A DNA stretch of 64,000 nucleotides from Candidatus Cloacimonadales bacterium (GCA_963678315.1 OY782781.1:2720001-2784000); one strand, 5' to 3'. Positions 19,648 through 31,368 are shown, counted from the stretch's first letter. Notes: generated from the sequence alone by a model not told the origin. A program made the numbers and translations.

Positions 19648-20955
19648 CTAGTTACTATTATCAGATTGACGGGGTAAGTTAAGTGTTTTTATATGTAAAT
19701 CTCTTTGAGGGAATGGTATTTCAATATTATGTTCTTTAAGTGTGTCCCAGATATTAAACAATACCTCACTCTGAATATTTAATACACCTGATTGGGGATC
19801 GTTAATCCAAAATGTTACTTTAAAATCTACAGAGGAATCTCCAAAATTTGTTAGATAGACCATTAATTTTGGTCGTTTAAGAACCCTTTCACACTTCTCA
19901 GTCGCTTCTTCCAATAGACCCTTCACTAAATGAATATCTGAGTTATAAGACACCCCTACATTAACAGATTGCATGACTAACTTATTAGAGTGAGACCAGT
20001 TAATAACTTGATTTGTAATAAATTGCTCATTGGGAATAAGATGTTCTTTCCCCTCAACAGTGACTATTGAAGTATATCGTGATGCCATGACTTTCACAAC
20101 ACCAAAATGGTCATCTACTTCAACTACATCTCCGGGTTTAAGGGAGTTATCCAAGAGTAAGGTTACACCACTAATAAGATTAGCAACAATCTTTTGCAGA
20201 CCAAAACCAATACCGACACCGAGAGCAGAAGTAAACAGTGCTAAAGTGCTTAAGTCAATACCTATAGCATTTATAAATAGAATAGTTGCTATTATGAAGC
20301 CAAAGATTCTTATCCCTTTAGTAAGTAAGACCTTTATTGAAGGATTCAAATCAGCACTTTGTTCAATTCTATGAGAAAAGAAGTCTGTTAGAATTGTAGT
20401 TATTTTGAAAAAGACAATCATATATAAAAGACTTTTAATTACAGTATATATTGAAAGTCTAATCCCTGATATTGTAACAGCTAATGAATCAAGAAGAATA
20501 GCAGTATCACTATACAGATTAAGAACATTTAATATAATGATGAGCCAAGTACTAGTAGTAACTATTTTTCTGAAGAATGCATTTTTTATTACATTGGTTG
20601 ATAACCTAATAGCTACCCATAAAAAGAGTATTACATAAGTTTGAGTTAATATAGGAACACCAACCCCGAAATATCTTAAAACTTCTGTTACCAATGCAAA
20701 TACTAAAGCTATATTAAGTCTTTTCTTAACAGGAAGATAGAATTTTAAAAATAAATCAAGATAGTAGTTGTGTTTTATCCCATCAACATAGTTATTTATA
20801 AGTCTAGATAAATATCTATTTAGAATAGCTGTTGCAACTAATAGCACCAATACAATAAATAATTGCAAGAATATGCTACTATTTTGATATGGCTCTACAA
20901 AAACATCTATTCTATATTGTAGGGTTGAACCTATTTTATCCATTAACTCTGACAT
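19648..20955 (-). CDS. MscS-family mechanosensitive channel
   Basis: GVGIGFGLQKIVANLISG, GD.VE, IPN, FGDSS.DF, IPFPQRD. Confidence 0.93.
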   Translation of the reverse strand: MSELMDKIGSTLQYRIDVFVEPYQNSSIFLQLFIVLVLLVATAILNRYLSRLINNYVDGIKHNYYLDLFLKFYLPVKKRLNIALVFALVTEVLRYFGVGVPILTQTYVILFLWVAIRLSTNVIKNAFFRKIVTTSTWLIIILNVLNLYSDTAILLDSLAVTISGIRLSIYTVIKSLLYMIVFFKITTILTDFFSHRIEQSADLNPSIKVLLTKGIRIFGFIIATILFINAIGIDLSTLALFTSALGVGIGFGLQKIVANLISGVTLLLDNSLKPGDVVEVDDHFGVVKVMASRYTSIVTVEGKEHLIPNEQFITNQVINWSHSNKLVMQSVNVGVSYNSDIHLVKGLLEEATEKCERVLKRPKLMVYLTNFGDSSVDFKVTFWINDPQSGVLNIQSEVLFNIWDTLKEHNIEIPFPQRDLHIKTLNLPRQSDNSN

Positions 20956-20966
20956 TTATTCCTCTT

Positions 20967-21638
20967 CTACTTTACTTTTTTTATTATCTTTGTACCATCA
21001 TAGTCATAATTGTATTCGAACAATACATTCTTATTTTCATTAATAGTTTTCTTAGTCAAAATAGACTTATTATACTGATAATCAAAACTAGCATCTGAGT
21101 TATCCCATTCAATCTTACTAACTAGTTTACTATCATTATATAAGACCTTTCCTGAATAGTACTTTCCCTTACTCAGGATATTGAAAGAATCATAGTTTAT
21201 TTGGAATGGTATTACTTCGAAAGTTGACACCAAGTCATCGTTAGACTTATTAACAATGAATTTAATTAATTCAGTATCATTATAAAAGAATCTATAGCTT
21301 CTACTTTTATTAGTATAATCGACATAAAGCCTGTTCCATTCTTTATTTACACCAAAAATATATTTACTCAATTCGAAGTATGATCTAGTTAAATGAGTAT
21401 TTGAGTTAATCTTAATTAGCTTATTTCCTACATAAGTAAATACATAGTTTCCCTTTGTGTTCTCATCAACTTCGTCAAGTCTATTAACTCCCTCTATCTC
21501 AAAGTTAGAATTAACTCGTATATCTTCATAATGAACCACTTTCTTTTGTACATCACTAGTCTTTTCAGTGTTTTTTCTTGTAGTTGTACAGCTCAATAAT
21601 AAAATCAATAAAACAATTATAAAAACTAATTTCTTCAT
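20967..21638 (-). CDS. Hypothetical lipoprotein
   Basis: Lipobox LLSC; SD GGAG. Confidence 0.7.
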   Translation of the reverse strand: MKKLVFIIVLLILLLSCTTTRKNTEKTSDVQKKVVHYEDIRVNSNFEIEGVNRLDEVDENTKGNYVFTYVGNKLIKINSNTHLTRSYFELSKYIFGVNKEWNRLYVDYTNKSRSYRFFYNDTELIKFIVNKSNDDLVSTFEVIPFQINYDSFNILSKGKYYSGKVLYNDSKLVSKIEWDNSDASFDYQYNKSILTKKTINENKNVLFEYNYDYDGTKIIKKVK

Positions 21639-21715
21639 TGTATCTCCAAGATTAATTGGTTACGTTCAAAAAACTCTAGGCTCTTTATAATTAGAGTTCT
21701 AGAGTAACATTTTAA

Positions 21716-22513
21716 TTAAAATATCGACTCACTCATATTCCATAAATATTCGAATAAACTTCTAAACAAAATTACTACATCCTTGTTTCTAACAATATAC
21801 CCTTTTAGATTATTTTGACTGTTTATTCCTGTCTTATCAGAAGTGACCACTACTGCAACATTATTATCAATAATATGCATATAGAATGGCACTTGATTTA
21901 ATTTTCTTACTTCCTGCCCTAAAGATTTGTTTTGCATTGCATATCTGAAGTTTGACATATCTGCTAAATATGAACTTTCGTATATTGTCTTTACTTTGAC
22001 ACTGCTGACAAGAGCTTTAAGGATACTTTTTTGTTCTGAATAGGTTTCAAATAGATCGCTTTTAAAATAAGAAACAATATCTACCCTAGCACTGTTCAAA
22101 GCTAAGTCTATTTCTCTTTTAATATCTTTTAAGTCTGTATGTACCTCAATGTTAAAGGTATTTTCTCTTTTAATAGTACTTGTATCCTGTATATTTCTTA
22201 ACAGTTCAGGAAGAGACTTAAATGATTGTAGAGTATCGAATGTTTTATTTTGAAATGCTGTTTGCATATTATTTATCCCTACAAATGGATCTAGTGCTGT
22301 AAATCTCTTTTTACCGACCTCGCTCTGTGTGACTAAACCTTTATCTATTAAACGATAAAGCACATCATAAGCCTTGGATCTAGGTATCCCGGATTCTTTA
22401 CTAATTTCTGTTGCTGTTTGCTCTCTTTTCTTTACTACAGCAACATATACTTTTATCTCATATTCACTAAGTCCGATGTCAGCTAATTTCTTATTTAATG
22501 CATTTTGTTCCAT
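21716..22513 (-). CDS. TrmB-family transcriptional regulator
   Basis: GLSEYE.KVY, A.EISKESGIPRSKAYDVL..L..KGLV winged HTH; C-terminal PLD-like domain (IIDN...F..LW). Confidence 0.88.
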   Translation of the reverse strand: MEQNALNKKLADIGLSEYEIKVYVAVVKKREQTATEISKESGIPRSKAYDVLYRLIDKGLVTQSEVGKKRFTALDPFVGINNMQTAFQNKTFDTLQSFKSLPELLRNIQDTSTIKRENTFNIEVHTDLKDIKREIDLALNSARVDIVSYFKSDLFETYSEQKSILKALVSSVKVKTIYESSYLADMSNFRYAMQNKSLGQEVRKLNQVPFYMHIIDNNVAVVVTSDKTGINSQNNLKGYIVRNKDVVILFRSLFEYLWNMSESIF

Positions 22514-22693
22514 TAATACTCCTAAAATAGTATTTTAAAAGTATATTTTTCTTTTGTCAATAAATATCTTTAGCTTTTCTCTAAAGTTGTTTCTTTATTA
22601 AGTTTGTGTTAGTATTATTGCAGACAGTTAGTTTGCTATTTGGTTTAAAGTTATATCCTGTCATGCCTTAATAATTTATTGATAACAAGAACT

Positions 22694-22993
22694 TCATTTT
22701 CTACTGTTTTTATTGGGATATGGCTTAGTAAACATGCCCCAAATAATATGAACAATTACTGCTACAATTAAGCCATTAATAATTATTCCTCCAATATTAT
22801 AGCCTAAAACATGCTTACTTGATGCTGAGCCCAAATTTAAGTATAATATTATTCCAATTTGTATAATTATTGTAAGAAAAAATGATATTATGCTTGCTTT
22901 GTTTAAGCTATCACAAAAACCCTTGAAGTTAAACTTGAAAAACATCCACATAAGTACTCCTAGATTGCTCAATTCTGCATTATCATTATTCAC
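22694..22993 (-). CDS. Small hypothetical membrane protein
   Basis: 99 aa with two hydrophobic segments; GTG start uncertain. Confidence 0.5.
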   Translation of the reverse strand: MNNDNAELSNLGVLMWMFFKFNFKGFCDSLNKASIISFFLTIIIQIGIILYLNLGSASSKHVLGYNIGGIIINGLIVAVIVHIIWGMFTKPYPNKNSRK

Positions 22994-23005
22994 TTTCTAT
23001 TTAAA

Positions 23006-23422
23006 TCTATATCGTCCCTTTGGGACTAAACTTGCTCTTCATTGTCAATTATCAATTCATCCTCACATCTCCCACTATGAAATCATAGGCTCTGAAGAGA
23101 TATGTCCCCAAGCTACATTACATTCTTTGACCCTGTAAGGGTTAATCTTAAAAGAGCCCTGGGTTTTAACCCTGGGTGATAAGATTGGAGCTAATTTTTT
23201 CCATCTTTTTTTTATTTAACAAACATCCTTTCGTCTCTACAAATTCACTTATAACTACGTTCTAAGTAAAGCCAGCACAGAGGCTGAGCGTTCCCAGGGT
23301 CCTGACTCCTCTTTGCCAGCTATCCGGCAGCAGCCGGACTAAAGGCAAAGCGTTCCCAGTGTCCCACCTCCTGCCTTAAGGGTCTCTTTGAAAAATTGGC
23401 TTTTTTCAAAGAGGCAAGTAAG
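23006..23422. repeat. Intergenic mosaic of REP-like modules
   Basis: CGTCCCTTTGGGAC (23013); CCCACTATGAAATCATAGG unit (23071, similar to the reverse complement near 35280); ACCCTGTAAGGGT (23130); CGTCTCTACAAATTCA (23232); GCGTTCCCAG-ended units (23271-23297, 23309-23359); 48-nt palindrome (23375-23422). Confidence 0.85.
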
Positions 23423-23437
23423 GGTCAAGTATTGTAG

Positions 23438-23905
23438 CTAAAACTTATAATTAAGTCCAATATAATTATAGTTTAATTCAAGGTTGATTCTTTCTTTTTC
23501 TTGGTCATAGTTAAATAAAGCAGCATCAACATAGGCATCAACTATAGAAAGGATAAGGGTTCCCCCTAACCACCAAAGGCCATTATTCCTCTTTTCTAAT
23601 TGGTCTCCAACTTCATAGTTCCACTTGTCCCATTGATCTTGACTAGAAGCATTAGAGCGCTTATCTTTGTAGTCGTTTACCAGACTGTTATGATACAATG
23701 TAAGAGCAATAAAGCCAACTTCTGCAGATCCCCAGAAAGCTGTTTTATAGTAGTTGTCATTGTAGTATTGACCTCCACCTGGAATCATTAAAGAGTATAG
23801 AGCTGCCTTGTTTGGATCTCTACCAGAATCATAAGTTTTATCTTCCGAAAAAATCTGAGAACATAGCAGAAGAGAAAACAAGATAATGATTAGTCTTTTA
23901 ATCAT
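23438..23905 (-). CDS. DUF5683-like membrane/secreted protein
   Basis: P.KAALYSL.IPG.GQ.YN..Y.K and S.VDAYVDA.L motifs. Confidence 0.75.
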   Translation of the reverse strand: MIKRLIIILFSLLLCSQIFSEDKTYDSGRDPNKAALYSLMIPGGGQYYNDNYYKTAFWGSAEVGFIALTLYHNSLVNDYKDKRSNASSQDQWDKWNYEVGDQLEKRNNGLWWLGGTLILSIVDAYVDAALFNYDQEKERINLELNYNYIGLNYKF

Positions 23906-23915
23906 AATAACTTAT

Positions 23916-25289
23916 TTAAAGAATATACCTTGATAAATCTTCATTTTGAACTACGTCACTTATTACTTCATGAACCAGAGCATCATCAATAAGAACTTCT
24001 TTATAATCCACTTCAGGCATTTCAAAAAGATACTTTTCCATAAGTTTATTTAAGATAGTATGTAGTCTTCTAGCTCCAATGTCTTCCATTTTCTCATTTG
24101 CTTTGGAAGAATAATCAGCAATAGCTGAAATAGCTTGATCTGTAAATTTAAGTTCTACATTTTCAGTAGAAAAAAGTGCTATATATTGTTTAGTAAGTGA
24201 GTTTTTTGGATAAGTTAAGATTTTCTCAAAATCACTTGAAGTAAGACTATTTAACTCTACTCTGATTGGGAATCTACCTTGAAGTTCTGGAATCAAATCA
24301 GAAGGTTTAGAAATGTGAAAAGCCCCAGCAGCGATGAATAAGATATGGTCAGTTTTGATTATACCATGTTTAGTAGGAACATTAGAACCCTCAACTATTG
24401 GAAGTAAGTCTCTTTGTACGCCTGATCTAGAAACATCAGCATTACCTCTTTTATCATCAGAAGCAATCTTATCTATTTCATCAATAAAGACAATACCATG
24501 ATTTTCAACTAAATCTTTGGCTTGTTCAATAACATTTTCTTTCTTGACCATTTTTTGAGCTTCTTGGGATTTTAAGAAATTAAGAGCATCCTTGATTTTC
24601 ATCTCTTTCTTCTTAGCTTTTCCCTTTTTATTCATGATATTACCAATCATATCTGAGATATTCAGGTCAATCATTTCAAAACTATTATTACTAAAGACTT
24701 CCACATTTGGGTTCTTAGTATCATCCTTAATCTCAATTTCTATCTTACGTTCATCTAGCTCACCGTCTTCAAACTTAGCCTTCATCTTGTTTCTTGAACG
24801 CTGATACCTTTCTATTCTATTGTTGTATTCTTCATTGCTTTCTTCAGGTGTCCTTTCAATGGACAAAGGACTGATAAGTTTATCCAAGATAATTTCTTTT
24901 GCTTTAGTAAGTGCTTTTTGTTCAACTTCTTCAAGCTTCTGAGCATTAACTTGATTAATAGCAATGCTCATAAGTTCTCTTATCATAGATTCAACATCAC
25001 GACCAACATAACCAACTTCTGTGAACTTGGAAGCTTCAACTTTTATGAATGGGGCATTCGCAAGTTTAGATAGTCTTCTTGCTATCTCTGTTTTACCCAC
25101 GCCTGTAGGTCCAATCATAATAATGTTGTTAGGTACTATCTCGTTTTGGAGCGCTTCAACTACGTTTTGCCTACGCCATCTGTTTCTGAGAGCAATTGCT
25201 ACTGACTTCTTTGCTTCATCCTGTCCAATAATATACTTATCTAACTCTTCAACAATGCGTGAAGGTGTTAATTCATTTCTATCTATCAT
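23916..25289 (-). CDS. hslU: HslUV protease ATPase subunit
   Basis: GPTGVGKTE, GYVG pore loop, FIDEIDK, QGRFPIRVEL, GARRL. Confidence 0.98.
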   Translation of the reverse strand: MIDRNELTPSRIVEELDKYIIGQDEAKKSVAIALRNRWRRQNVVEALQNEIVPNNIIMIGPTGVGKTEIARRLSKLANAPFIKVEASKFTEVGYVGRDVESMIRELMSIAINQVNAQKLEEVEQKALTKAKEIILDKLISPLSIERTPEESNEEYNNRIERYQRSRNKMKAKFEDGELDERKIEIEIKDDTKNPNVEVFSNNSFEMIDLNISDMIGNIMNKKGKAKKKEMKIKDALNFLKSQEAQKMVKKENVIEQAKDLVENHGIVFIDEIDKIASDDKRGNADVSRSGVQRDLLPIVEGSNVPTKHGIIKTDHILFIAAGAFHISKPSDLIPELQGRFPIRVELNSLTSSDFEKILTYPKNSLTKQYIALFSTENVELKFTDQAISAIADYSSKANEKMEDIGARRLHTILNKLMEKYLFEMPEVDYKEVLIDDALVHEVISDVVQNEDLSRYIL

Positions 25290-25297
25290 TACTTACC

Positions 25298-25834
25298 TTA
25301 TTTTAATTCTTCTATCACTAAATTATGGTTTGTATATATGCAAATATCAGCTGCAATATGAAGAGATTTTTCAACGACAGCTTTATTAGAAAGTTCAGAA
25401 TTCTCAGAAAGAGCTCTTGCAGAAGAAAGGGCATAATTACCCCCTGATCCTATTGCAGCAATGCCATTGCTTGGTTCAAGAACATCACCAACTCCAGTGA
25501 TAACAAGAATTGCATCTTTTGACCCTGCAATAATCATTGCTTCAAGCTTTCGTAAGATTCTATCAGATCTCCACTCTTTAGCTAATTCTACAGCAGCCTT
25601 TCTTAGATTCCCTTTGGAAGCTTTTAGATGACCTTCAAACTTCTCAAATAAAGTGAAAGCATCTGCAGTTGCTCCTGCAAAACCAGCTATTACTTCTCCA
25701 TTATATAGTCTTCTAATTTTCCTAGCTGAATCCTTCATAACGGTATGACCAAGCGTAACTTGACCATCACCACCAATTACTAAATTGTTATCCTTTAGAA
25801 TTCCTAATATCGTAGTTCCGTGAAATTGTTCCAT
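25298..25834 (-). CDS. hslV: HslUV protease peptidase subunit
   Basis: HG|TTI N-terminal Thr, DGQVT.G, GSGG.YA, ICIYTN. Confidence 0.98.
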   Translation of the reverse strand: MEQFHGTTILGILKDNNLVIGGDGQVTLGHTVMKDSARKIRRLYNGEVIAGFAGATADAFTLFEKFEGHLKASKGNLRKAAVELAKEWRSDRILRKLEAMIIAGSKDAILVITGVGDVLEPSNGIAAIGSGGNYALSSARALSENSELSNKAVVEKSLHIAADICIYTNHNLVIEELK

Positions 25835-25858
25835 CAATTCCTCTTAATTTGAATCAAG

Positions 25859-27811
25859 TTAAATGTCTTCTGTTTGCAACTTAGGTAGTGGCTTTTTATC
25901 TTCTTCTCTTTCATCGAAGCTAAGTTCTTTAGATCTATTATATTTCTTTTCTACTATAGCTAAATCATCGCCATCAACAAATTTCTTAGCTAATGTAAAG
26001 ATATCATCAGCACCCATAGTTTCAGTTTCAAGAAGCTGTTTAGCTAACTCATCAACAAGTTTTCTATGTTTAGTTAAAGTAGCTTTAGCTTTATTATAAG
26101 CTTCACTTAAGAATTCATGAATTTCTTGGTCTATAACCTTAGCAACTTCTTCACTATGAAGCTCTTTTTGTCCAAGCTGTTTACCCAAGAAGACTTCTTG
26201 TTGTTTTTGCATAATAGCTACAGGACCAAGTTTTTCACTCATTCCCCAGTTACAAACCATCTGTTTAACGATATCAGTTGCTCTTTCTATATCATTACTT
26301 GCACCAGTAGTAATCTCATTGAAGACTATTTCTTCAGCAGCTCTACCACCTAGCAAGTGAACTAGCATAGCCTTTAAGAAACCTTTTGAATAGTTAGATT
26401 TCTCTTCACCTAAGAAGTGAGTTGCTCCACCAGTGAAGCCTCTTGGAATGATTGAAACTTTGTGAGCAGGTTCTCCGTGTTCTTCAAATAAAGAACAAAC
26501 TACATGACCAACTTCATGGTATGAAGTAATCTTTCTTTCTTCTTCAGAAACAACACGACTTTCCTTTTTCTTACCAAGAGTAAGCTTATCTTTAGCTTCT
26601 TCAAAATCATCCATTTCTATTTGAGTTTTATTTCTACGTGCAGCAATAAGAGCAGCTTCATTAACTAAATTAGCAAGTTCAGCACCAGAAAATCCAGGAG
26701 TTGCACGAGCGATAACTTTTAGATTAATGTCCCTTGAAAGCTCAACATTAGTTGCATGAACTTTAAGAATCTTGGTACGACCATTAATATCAGGAAGATC
26801 AACAACAACTTGTCTGTCGAATCTACCAGGTCTAAGAAGTGCTGGATCAAGAACATCAGGTCTGTTAGTTGCAGCAATAATGATAACAGAATCATTCATT
26901 TCAAAACCATCCATCTCAACTAGAAGTTGGTTCAATGTTTGTTCACGTTCATCATGTCCACCACCTAAGCCAGATCCTCTATGCCTTCCGACAGCATCTA
27001 ATTCATCTATAAATGCAATAGCTGGAGCACTCTTTTTAGCTTGAGCGAATAAATCTCTAACTCTTGATGCACCCACACCAACAAACATTTCAACGAAGTC
27101 TGAACCACTTACACTAAAGAATGGCACATTAGCTTCACCAGCAACTGCTTTTGCAAGCAAAGTTTTACCTGTACCAGGTCTTCCAACTAAAAGGACACCT
27201 TTAGGTATTTTACCACCAAGCTTTTCAAACTTCTTAGGATTCTTTAAGTATTCTACTATTTCAGTAAGCTCTTCTTTAGCTTCATCTACACCAGCAACAT
27301 CACTAAAATTAACTTTAGTTTTGCTACCCATATATCTTTTAGCTCTACTCTTACCAAATGAGAATGCAGAGTTTTGTCCTTTATTAACATTCCTAAACAT
27401 AAAGAACCAGAAGAAGAGTATCATAAGCAAGAATGGCAACCAAGATAAAAGAGCCGACTGCCATCTTGATGGCACCTTCTCTTTAACTGTTCCACCTGCT
27501 AGTTCAAGCAGTTTTTCTTTGAATTCTAGGTCTGATTGAGACCATCTTGTATAGTAATCTTCTCCATCTCTCTTGTAGTTAATTACTTTGCCTTCAATAA
27601 CTACATCAGAGATTTCTTTATTATTTAATTGAGTCCAAAATACTTTATTATCTACCTCTTTTTGAGTTTGATTTTCTTGAAATAAAGCATAGATAAGAAC
27701 TGTGGCTAACACCAAAACAACAATTAATGAAAACTTGTTATTTGTAGGTGACTTTAAAGGGCTTTTCTTCTTATCTTGTTTTGGATCATTGTTATCGTTC
27801 TCTATCTTCAT
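25859..27811 (-). CDS. ftsH: ATP-dependent zinc metalloprotease FtsH
   Basis: Two TM segments, [23 protein letters not shown] zinc motif. Confidence 0.98.
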   Translation of the reverse strand: MKIENDNNDPKQDKKKSPLKSPTNNKFSLIVVLVLATVLIYALFQENQTQKEVDNKVFWTQLNNKEISDVVIEGKVINYKRDGEDYYTRWSQSDLEFKEKLLELAGGTVKEKVPSRWQSALLSWLPFLLMILFFWFFMFRNVNKGQNSAFSFGKSRAKRYMGSKTKVNFSDVAGVDEAKEELTEIVEYLKNPKKFEKLGGKIPKGVLLVGRPGTGKTLLAKAVAGEANVPFFSVSGSDFVEMFVGVGASRVRDLFAQAKKSAPAIAFIDELDAVGRHRGSGLGGGHDEREQTLNQLLVEMDGFEMNDSVIIIAATNRPDVLDPALLRPGRFDRQVVVDLPDINGRTKILKVHATNVELSRDINLKVIARATPGFSGAELANLVNEAALIAARRNKTQIEMDDFEEAKDKLTLGKKKESRVVSEEERKITSYHEVGHVVCSLFEEHGEPAHKVSIIPRGFTGGATHFLGEEKSNYSKGFLKAMLVHLLGGRAAEEIVFNEITTGASNDIERATDIVKQMVCNWGMSEKLGPVAIMQKQQEVFLGKQLGQKELHSEEVAKVIDQEIHEFLSEAYNKAKATLTKHRKLVDELAKQLLETETMGADDIFTLAKKFVDGDDLAIVEKKYNRSKELSFDEREEDKKPLPKLQTEDI

Positions 27812-28344
27812 GAATAAACCTCTTCTTTTAAAATTCCAATGAATGGAAGATTACGATATTTCTGTGCGTAATCTAAGCCATATCCAACAACAAACTCGTT
27901 ACCTACTTCGAAACCTACATATTCTATTACACTATCTACTTTATGAGCTTTAGGCTTGTCTAATAATACACAAGTTGCTACAGACTTTGGATTATGTTTT
28001 GAGATATATTCTTTAATATACTGTAATGATAAACCTGAGTCCACTATATCCTCTACAATTATAACATCCCTACCTTCTAAATTTACATCAACATCTTTCT
28101 TTATCTTTACAACGCCAGATGATGTTGTGCTATTTCCATAACTTGATATCGCCATAAAATCTATTTCAACATGAACTGTTACAGCTCTCATAATATCAGC
28201 CATAAATGTTGAAGCTCCTTTTAATATACATAAAAGTACTGGACAACTATCAGTGTAATCTAAAGAAATCTTTTCACCTAACTCTTTTATTCTACTTTGT
28301 ATTTGTCTTTCATCAAAAAGTATTGCAGATATATCTTGTATCAT
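27808..28344 (-). CDS. hpt: Hypoxanthine phosphoribosyltransferase
   Basis: [28 protein letters not shown]; tilS-hpt-ftsH synteny. Confidence 0.97.
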   Translation of the reverse strand: MIQDISAILFDERQIQSRIKELGEKISLDYTDSCPVLLCILKGASTFMADIMRAVTVHVEIDFMAISSYGNSTTSSGVVKIKKDVDVNLEGRDVIIVEDIVDSGLSLQYIKEYISKHNPKSVATCVLLDKPKAHKVDSVIEYVGFEVGNEFVVGYGLDYAQKYRNLPFIGILKEEVYS

Positions 28345-28346
28345 TG

Positions 28347-29795
28347 TTATTCTTTTACCATCCTTTCTGCAGAACGCAGTTTATTTTCACTTAACTCTTC
28401 AATTTCAATTCTTAATATATTTGTTGTAGTTGCTTTATCTATAGCAACCCTGTTATCTATTCTCATGCCCCCGACCCATATAATCTTTTCATCATCTTCA
28501 AAGATTAATATCTTATCTCTTTCGTATCTAGGCACTTTTTCGTCAATAAAAAAATCTTTTAGCTTTTTAAAACCACTCACCCCAAGAGGCATGAACCTAT
28601 CTCCCGGCTGTCTAAACCTAATCTTCAGTGGTAAAGTAATTTTGTTGTAATCAAGATAAACTACATTTGATTTACCAACAAGTGTTTTATCAGCCGGTAT
28701 CTTCTTTATTCGCTTCATATTAATTCGATAGTTACCTACAGTGAGTCTCGATCTTATAGAGGTTAAGACTCTACTATCATCATTCTCCTCATTATGCTGC
28801 AATAGAGGATTCTTAGTGGTAAAGATCAATTTTTCATACTGTTTGATTACATATACCTTATGAGGAAGATAAACAACTTTCGACCCATTAGTAAAGAGAA
28901 CACTTTCAATCTCATTAATATTATTCTGATAGATATCATGTTGAACATTAACCAACATAGTTATGCATCTTTTATAGAAGTAGTATCTAATAACGCTATT
29001 GCTAATCCTGATTTTGTGTAAGTCAAGCTCTATCCTAGTTTCTGTGCTTTTAAGCAAGAATTTTTTAAATCGTTTTGTTACATAGTCTTCAATAAACTCT
29101 TCTGTATCTTTCATCAAATCAGCAACAAAGATTAGTTTATCTTCTACATTACTATTTACATTCTCCTCAAGCCAAGGCAAAAAGTCATTCCTAACTTTAT
29201 TTCTCGTGTAAGAACTTTCTTTATTGGTATAATCCTCACACCACTGGCAATTTTCTTCTTCTAAGAAACGATAAATATCCTGCTTAGAGAAAATAATGAA
29301 TGGATGAATCAATGTATCTGTTTTAGGAAGAATACCTCTTAAGCCAGAAATACCTGAACCTCGAGCTAAATTCATGATAACAGTTTCAGCTACATCACCC
29401 TTGTTATGTCCCAGTGCTATATATTCCATGTTATATTCATCTTTCAAGCTATGGAAAAACTCCATTCTAATATCTCTAGCTTTTTGTTCCATACTAACCT
29501 TAGACTCTAACTTTACGTTCTTCATGACTAGGTATAGATTGTGTTGAAAACAAAATTGCTTAACAAAGTCCTCATCCCTCTTAGAGTCTTCACCCCTCAA
29601 GTTATAGTTTACATGAGCAACTAATATGGATAAATCCAACATATCTTTTATCTTCAATAATGCTAGTAAAAGTGCAGTTGAATCTGGTCCTCCAGAAAAA
29701 CCTACAATAACTTTGCTTTTCTTTTCTAACAAGTTATGTTCATTAATAAATTCTTGAAACTTCTCAATAAATTTCCTGCTGTATCTCTCTTCCAA
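28347..29795 (-). CDS. tilS: tRNA(Ile) lysidine synthetase
   Basis: SGGPDS PP-loop, HVNY.LRG, RN.VR, C-terminal KKLKDFFIDEKVP. Confidence 0.96.
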   Translation of the reverse strand: MEERYSRKFIEKFQEFINEHNLLEKKSKVIVGFSGGPDSTALLLALLKIKDMLDLSILVAHVNYNLRGEDSKRDEDFVKQFCFQHNLYLVMKNVKLESKVSMEQKARDIRMEFFHSLKDEYNMEYIALGHNKGDVAETVIMNLARGSGISGLRGILPKTDTLIHPFIIFSKQDIYRFLEEENCQWCEDYTNKESSYTRNKVRNDFLPWLEENVNSNVEDKLIFVADLMKDTEEFIEDYVTKRFKKFLLKSTETRIELDLHKIRISNSVIRYYFYKRCITMLVNVQHDIYQNNINEIESVLFTNGSKVVYLPHKVYVIKQYEKLIFTTKNPLLQHNEENDDSRVLTSIRSRLTVGNYRINMKRIKKIPADKTLVGKSNVVYLDYNKITLPLKIRFRQPGDRFMPLGVSGFKKLKDFFIDEKVPRYERDKILIFEDDEKIIWVGGMRIDNRVAIDKATTTNILRIEIEELSENKLRSAERMVKE

Positions 29796-29857
29796 TATAT
29801 TGTCCTAGGTTAATTATGTAATTCAATGTCTTAGATAAACCCTATTTATTGTCTAAG

Positions 29858-30397
29858 TTAATTATTCTTCTCTGGATGGTAATATCTGTCTCTTTCTGAA
29901 TAGATACAACCACAGTATTGTTGACGGTACATTCCTACTTCCTTAGATAGTTCAATTCCCTCTTTCCAATATTCTCTAAAGTCCTCATAATAGAATTTCA
30001 CACCATACTCTTTGGCAAGAGAATTTCCAATTTCAATCATCATCTCATGGTTTTGGAATTTAGAATATAATAAAGTAGAAGTAAAAGCATCAAAGTTACC
30101 TTTTTTAGCTATAATAGCTGTGTACTTTAATCTCTCATAGTAGCAAGATCTACATCTATCAGACTCTCTATAAACAGCATTATGAATAAACTTGTCTAAT
30201 TCATAAACATCTTTTTCAATGTATTTGATATTATTTGTATCGACAAATTCTCTTAATGTGTCTAGTCTTTTTTTATATTCTTGATAGGGATGAATGTTGT
30301 GGTTATACCAAAAAGCAGTAACTTCATGTTTACTCTTTAAATGCTCATAGGGAGCAATAAAACATGGTGCACAACAGACATGTGTTAATATTCTCAT
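29858..30397 (-). CDS. queH: Epoxyqueuosine reductase QueH (DUF208)
   Basis: HVCCAPC, NIHP..EY.KR, RCRSCY, YRQQYCGC. Confidence 0.93.
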   Translation of the reverse strand: MRILTHVCCAPCFIAPYEHLKSKHEVTAFWYNHNIHPYQEYKKRLDTLREFVDTNNIKYIEKDVYELDKFIHNAVYRESDRCRSCYYERLKYTAIIAKKGNFDAFTSTLLYSKFQNHEMMIEIGNSLAKEYGVKFYYEDFREYWKEGIELSKEVGMYRQQYCGCIYSERDRYYHPEKNN

Positions 30398-30409
30398 GAT
30401 TTTCCTTAA

Positions 30410-31171
30410 CTATTTATGAACTTTAATATCCATATTAACATTTTCTACAATACTGTCAAAATAATTTTCTAAAGCTTTTATAATAGAAGCCTCTACCCTA
30501 TATTCGGGAAACAAATCTTGAAGCTTTTCAACCCTTTCACGAAATCCCATTCTCAAGTTCTTATCTTCATAAGGACATTTATAATCTACAATAGCTAAAC
30601 GTTTTTTATTAAATATGTTACTGATTGTTTTTTCTTCTAAAAATATCAAAGGTCTTATCACACTTAAATTAACTTTTTCGTATTGAAGGATTGGAGGAAA
30701 CACTTCTAGATTACTATGAATAATTAGATTCATAAAGAATGTATCAACTGCATCATCTGCGTGGTGACCATAAGCAATAGTTCGGATATTTCTTCTATCG
30801 AGTTCTTCCCACATCGCATATCGTTTAATTCTAGCACATGAATAACAAATGTTCTTATGTTCAACAACCCTTTTCATATCAATGGTTAGTACTTTTAGCT
30901 CAACCTCCAGAGATTTACATAAATTCGCAATAGGTGAAACATCGTATTTACCTGTCTTAACATGAAATCCTACTAGCTTGAAATTAAGGTAGGAATACTT
31001 GCTTATATACCATAGTAAGAATAAAAGAGTAGCACTATCTTTGCCACCTGACAAAGCAACAGCGATAGTCTCATTATCTGAAATCAGATTATATTTTCGT
31101 ATTGTTCTTATTGTCTTACTGATAATTCTCTTTATTGATTTATCGAACGTTATATCTATCTTATTTTCCAT
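30410..31171 (-). CDS. TtcA-like tRNA thiolation PP-loop protein
   Basis: SGGKDS, CYSCAR.KR, GHHADD, IRPL, distal CP. Confidence 0.8.
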   Translation of the reverse strand: MENKIDITFDKSIKRIISKTIRTIRKYNLISDNETIAVALSGGKDSATLLFLLWYISKYSYLNFKLVGFHVKTGKYDVSPIANLCKSLEVELKVLTIDMKRVVEHKNICYSCARIKRYAMWEELDRRNIRTIAYGHHADDAVDTFFMNLIIHSNLEVFPPILQYEKVNLSVIRPLIFLEEKTISNIFNKKRLAIVDYKCPYEDKNLRMGFRERVEKLQDLFPEYRVEASIIKALENYFDSIVENVNMDIKVHK

Positions 31172-31327
31172 AACATTAGTAATTTATAGTTATTAAAAAT
31201 GTCAATATTTAAAAGATAATTGTTTAAATACAAGGCTTAATACAACATATTTAATGCTGTAAATAGTTATGAAAAGCCTATAAACATCAAATACAAAATT
31301 AAAAATCAAAAATCCTGTATTTTACTC

Positions 31328-31368
31328 TTGACACAATTCTCAATGAATTTATTTTGAACTTATGTTCA
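31328..31368 (+). promoter_or_regulatory. Promoter and palindromic operator of the DUF134 operon
   Basis: TTGACA (31328)-16 nt-TATTTT, overlapped by TGAAC-TTAT-GTTCA (31355-31368). Confidence 0.6.
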
